Shown piece after piece: positions 59,721 to 64,000 of a stretch of DNA of 64,000 bases (its first letter is position 1; each line of letters opens with the position of its first letter). Under the pieces are notes generated by a model. It was given only the letters and a program-made list of their open reading frames with translations. It was not told the origin of the DNA and did not search any database. The DNA is from Mobula hypostoma. Its lineage: Eukaryota. The stretch lies in NCBI RefSeq assembly GCF_963921235.1, contig NC_086097.1, forward strand, positions 221,280,001-221,344,000. The letters run 5' to 3'. Position numbers and translations under genes: made by a program.

Positions 59721-60694
59721 CTAACTTATTTCCCCACGGCTGCTCTTACTTTTTGCTCTCATAACTATTATCTTTAAGATTATATAAATAGTCATAGTCA
59801 TACTTTATTGATCCCGAGGGAAATCCGGTTTTGTTACAGTTGCACCAACCAAGAATAGAGTATAAGAGAGTTTATGAACTGATGCTTCTTAACTAATCCT
59901 GAATTTCTTCCAGATGTACCCTGAGTGAGAGAGTTAAATCAGTCAGTAACCTTCTGGTCCTCAGTGGAGGTCCCAGGACTGCTATGATGTTATCTATCTT
60001 TGTGATGTGGTGTGGTTGGTATTGTAACACTCACCAGCACAGGTCCCGCTGCAGTTATCTCAGGGGCTGCATAAACCGGACAGCTTTCTACCTTCCCATG
60101 TGCCTAACATACCAGGCATCCACATGAATAACCAGGGGTCTGTGAGGCAACAAGCCACTGACTACCTCTCAGGTTTCTTCCAGCCGTGCCAAACTAAGAT
60201 GGACTGAATTCTGAAAGTGAGGGCTTCCTTTTTCATTACCCACAAACAAGGTGCTTCTGAGAGACAGGGCACCCTATCTGTATAAATGGAGACTGCTCTG
60301 TGGACGCCTGAGGAATTCTCACTGGCATTGCTGCAGGAGCATAGAAGCAGGGAAGGAGACAGCAACAAATCCTGTTAGAGGAATCATCAAAACCGTTTTC
60401 TCACTGATGGGATTTGAGCAATTTAGTCTGACTCTTATAGATCATCTCTGCAGTACTGCTAAATGCTAGGCTCTTAACCCAGATTCAGGTTCAGAATCAA
60501 ACTCATTTGTTTCACACGTGCTCACTGAAACTTACAGTGAAATGTCTTGTTCGCATCAACAACCAACACGACTTAAGGATGTGCTGGGCGCAGCCTGCAA
60601 GTGCCATCATCGCTCACTCCAGCGCCAACACAGCATGCTAACAAAGTTCACAGAACAGTGCAAACAACATGATCACCAAGACAACAGCAAAACG

Positions 60695-61180
60695 GCAGTG
60701 CGTGCCACAGTGGTGTAGCAGTTAGCAAGACGCTATTACAACTTGGGGTATTTGGGAGTTTGGAGCTCAATTCCATAAGATATAGGAGCAGAATTAGGGC
60801 ATTTGGCCCACTGAGTCTGCTCCACCATTTCATCATAACCCCACCCCAGACTCCTGCCTTCTCCTGTATCTGACCAATCAGAAATCCATCAACTTCTGCC
60901 TTAAATATAGGTCAAGACTTGACCTCCACAGCTGCCTTTGGCAACAAATTCCACAGCTGTTCTGTAAGGAATCTGTGTACCGTCCTCACTGTGGTTTTCC
61001 CCAGGTGCTCTCATTTTCCCCCACAGTCCAAAGACGTACCGGGCAGGTTAATTGGTCATTGTAAACTGTCCCGTGATTAGGTCAGGATAAAATCAGGGTT
61101 GTGGGGTTGCTGGGGCAGCGTGGCCCGAAGTGCCAGAAGAGTCTACTCAGAGTTGTATTGCCAAATAAAAAATAAATTGA
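60695..61180 (+). mobile_element. V-type (HE1-like) SINE with nested CR1 tail (about 60775-60957)
   Basis: GGTGTAGCAGTTAGC box A, GGAGCTCAATTCC box B and CCCACAGTCCAAAGAC. Confidence 0.65.
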
Positions 61181-61987
61181 AACAAGTCCTGTTCTTCCCA
61201 ATGCACACAGACAGTCCTCCAACACCAGGACAGGAGATTGCCTATCAGTCTGCTCTTCATTCACAAATTTAACGGGATAGGAGATTAAACTGAATAGTCG
61301 TGTAAAGCTGAGTACCGTATGAACTGTAAGGGAAAGAAGTTTTAGATTAAGGGGAAGGGAAAAGATATTTATTAAAAATATTCAGAACTTTGACTTACAG
61401 CTTGTGGAACTCTGGCAAAGTCTCTGTTAAGATGTGAATCAAAATCAGGTTTATTATCTCTGACAAACTGTATGTTGTGCGATTTGTTGATTTTTAGCAG
61501 CAACACAGTGCAAGGTATAAAAACAACTATAAGTTACACCATAAATAAGTAATGGAAAAGATGTGTAGCGAGGTATTGTGCAAGGGTTCAAGGACCATGC
61601 AGAAATCTGATGGCAGAGGTGTAGAAGCTGTTCTTAAACCATTGAGAATGGGTCTTCAGGCTCCTATACCTCCTACCCGAGGGTAGAAATGTGAAGAGAA
61701 CATGTCCCAGATGGCGAGGGTCTTTAATGATAATTCTTCTTCATTTCATATTCCATATTTCCTTATGAGACAGACATCAAGCCTACGTTTTCTCAAAGAG
61801 AAATCCTATTTACCACTAACTTTCCTTATAACCTGTTCTTCCCACATTCCTATGAGTTCCACCTTCCACCTGCATGAGGGCAATTTACAGTGGTCAGTTA
61901 ACCTAGTGTGCCACATTGCTGCCGATGTGAACTTTACAAATTCTTCCTGGGTCTGCATAGGAGGAAAACCACTGAAAGTCTGAATTG

Positions 61988-62905
61988 CAAACAACAGGAA
62001 TACTGCAGATGCTGGAAATTCAAGCAACACACATCAAAGTTGCTGGTGAACGCAGCAGGCCAGGCAGCATCTCTAGGAAGAGGTACAGTCGACGTCCCCA
62101 CTGATCTCCCTCCTGGCACTTATCCTTGTAAGCGGAACAAGTGCTACACATCCCCTTACACTTCCTCCCTTACCACCGTTCAGGGCCCCAGAGAGTCCTT
62201 CCAGGTGAGGCGACACTTCACTTGTGAGTCGGCTGGGGTGATATACTGCGTCCGGTGCTCCCGATGTGGCCTTCTATATATTGGCGAGACCGCTTTGCTG
62301 AACACCTACACTCTGTCCACCAGAGAAAGCAGGATTTCCCAGTGGCCACACATTTTAATTCCACATCCCATTCCCATTCTGACATGTCTATCCACGGCCT
62401 CCTCTACTGTAAAGATGAAGCCACACTCAGGTTGGAGGAACAACACCTTATATTCCATCTGGGTAGCCTCCAACCTGATGGCATGAACATCGACTTCTCT
62501 AACTTCCGCTAATGCCCCACCTCCCGCTTGTACCCCATCCGTTATTTATTTTTATACACACATTCTTTCTCTCACTCTCCTTTTTCTCCCTCTGTCCCTC
62601 TGACTATACCCCTTGCCCATCCTCTGGGTTCCCCCCCCCTTGTCTTTCTCCCCGGACCTCCTGTCCCATGATCCTCTCATATCCCCTTTGCCAATCACCT
62701 GACCAGTTCTTGGCTCCATCCCTCCCCCTCCTGTCTTCTCCTATCATTTTTGATCTCCACTTCCCCCTCCCACTTTCAAATCTCTTACTCACTCATCCTT
62801 CAGTTAGTCCTGACGAAGAGTCTCGGCCTGAAACGTCGACTGTACCTCTTCCTAGAGATGCTGCCTGGCCTGCTGCGTTCACCAGCAACTTTGATGTGTG
62901 TTGCT
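61988..62905 (+). mobile_element. Penelope-like element: GIY-YIG endonuclease 3' part, inverted 5' segment, 15-bp TSD
   Basis: GVIYCVRCSRCGLLYIGET and PVATHFN...LRLEEQHLIFHLGSLQPDGMN. About 62020-62095 is the reverse complement of 62833-62909. TGAAAGTCTGAATTG occurs at 61973-61987 and 62906-62920. Confidence 0.9.
62806..62841 (+). ncRNA. Minimal type I hammerhead ribozyme of the Penelope-like element
   Basis: AGTC-CTGACGA-AGAGTCTCGGCCT-GAAAC-GTC-GACT. Stem I is AGTC/GACT. Predicted cleavage follows C62837. Confidence 0.7.
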
Positions 62906-63187
62906 TGAAAGTCTGAATTGACCAGGTAGATCTGGTTGCTGGACCTATGAAGCAGAAGGTCTACCAGTTCCATCACTGTGGAACACATGGTAAATGCAAT
63001 CACTGCCCTTTGCACAATCCAACCAAGAGATTATTGACCTGTTGGGTTTTTCCAGCATTTTCTGTTTCTATTTCAGATAATCAACATTTCCTTAAGTTGA
63101 CACAAATAACATGACAAGAGATCTAGTATTAACCCCACAAATTCAGGCCTAATTTTATAGAGCATATAATAGTATGCTTCCTATATA

Positions 63188-63752
63188 CAGTTAGTGGCCA
63201 CGTTATTAGGTACAAGAGGTATCTAATAAATTGGCCACTGAGTGTTTGTTCGTGGTTATCTGCTGCTACAGCCCATCCACTTCAAGGCTTGACGTGTTGT
63301 GCATCCAGAGAAGCTCTTCTGTTTTAACATGTGGTTGAATTACTGTGACCTTCCTGTCAGCTTGAAGTAGTCAGGCCGTTTTCCTTTGACCTCTCTCGTT
63401 AACAAGACAGGTGTGTTTTCTCCCATAGAACTGCCGCTCATTAAATTTTTTTTGTTTTTCGTACCGTTCTCTGTAAATACTAGAGGCTGTTGTGCATGAA
63501 AATCTCAGGAGATCCAGTAGTTTCTGAGATTCGCAAACCATCCCGTCTGGCACCAACAATCATTCCACGGTCAAAGGCAGTCTGATTACATTTCTTCCCC
63601 ATTCTGATGTTTGGTTTGAACAACAACAGAACCTCTTGACCATGTCTGCATGCTTTTATGCATTGAGTTGCTGACATATGATTGGCTGATGAGATATTTG
63701 CATTAAAGAGCAGGTGTTCATCATGCATCTCGAATAAAGAGGCCACTGAATA
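63188..63752 (-). mobile_element. Tc1-derived non-autonomous element
   Basis: Degenerate TIRs (AGTGGCCACGTTATT / AATAAAGAGGCCACT) with TA flanks. Transposase start MGKKCNQTAFDRGMIVGARRDGLRISET on the minus strand. Confidence 0.75.
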
Positions 63753-64000
63753 TATGTGGCATCTTTTCTGCCTGCCTCATTTTCTCTCTCCTGTCAAGTG
63801 CTCATAATTTTTTGTATCACTAACATGTACTCAGAAAAACAGCAAAGATCTGAGAGGTGTTGATGTGGGTTATCAAAATGGTTACAGCTAGATTTTTCTA
63901 TTTCCTTAATTCAAAGAAGAGAAAATGAGGCAGGATATATAACAGGTTTTTGATTTGATGCCACCTGATTGGCACCACTTGCTAAATTTAATCGTTTTGA

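Overview
Eukaryotic, repeat-dense, apparently intergenic or intronic vertebrate DNA. The mix of CR1, Rex1/Babar-like LINEs, V-type (HE1-like) SINEs and Penelope fragments suggests a cartilaginous fish, probably a ray (inference). I found no convincing host protein-coding exon. Almost every ORF in the track is a transposon fragment. The main results are four. (1) A decayed endogenous foamy-like (spumaretrovirus) provirus is scattered over about 40.1-52.2 kb, possibly to 53.3 kb. RNase H, a complete integrase (NED, HHCC, DD35E, CTD) and foamy-type Env pieces can be read by hand across stops, frameshifts and nested insertions. (2) A younger gamma/epsilon-type ERV (40729-46444) is inserted into it. 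It has a tRNA-Ser PBS, no 5' LTR, a 4-bp TSD abutting the PBS, and an in-frame deletion of the whole RT that leaves an open PR-IN fusion. (3) The 3' UTRs of two divergent HERO-like RLE retrotransposons share a covarying, multi-pseudoknotted fold. In one copy it holds a complete hammerhead core in non-circularly permuted order. (4) Penelope-like elements carry minimal hammerheads. The window also has two Gypsy elements, a solo LTR, Tc1, hAT and pogo-like DNA elements, SINEs with TSDs and a 31-bp minisatellite. Reference protein and tRNA motifs are quoted from memory and need database confirmation. Boundaries of decayed elements are approximate.
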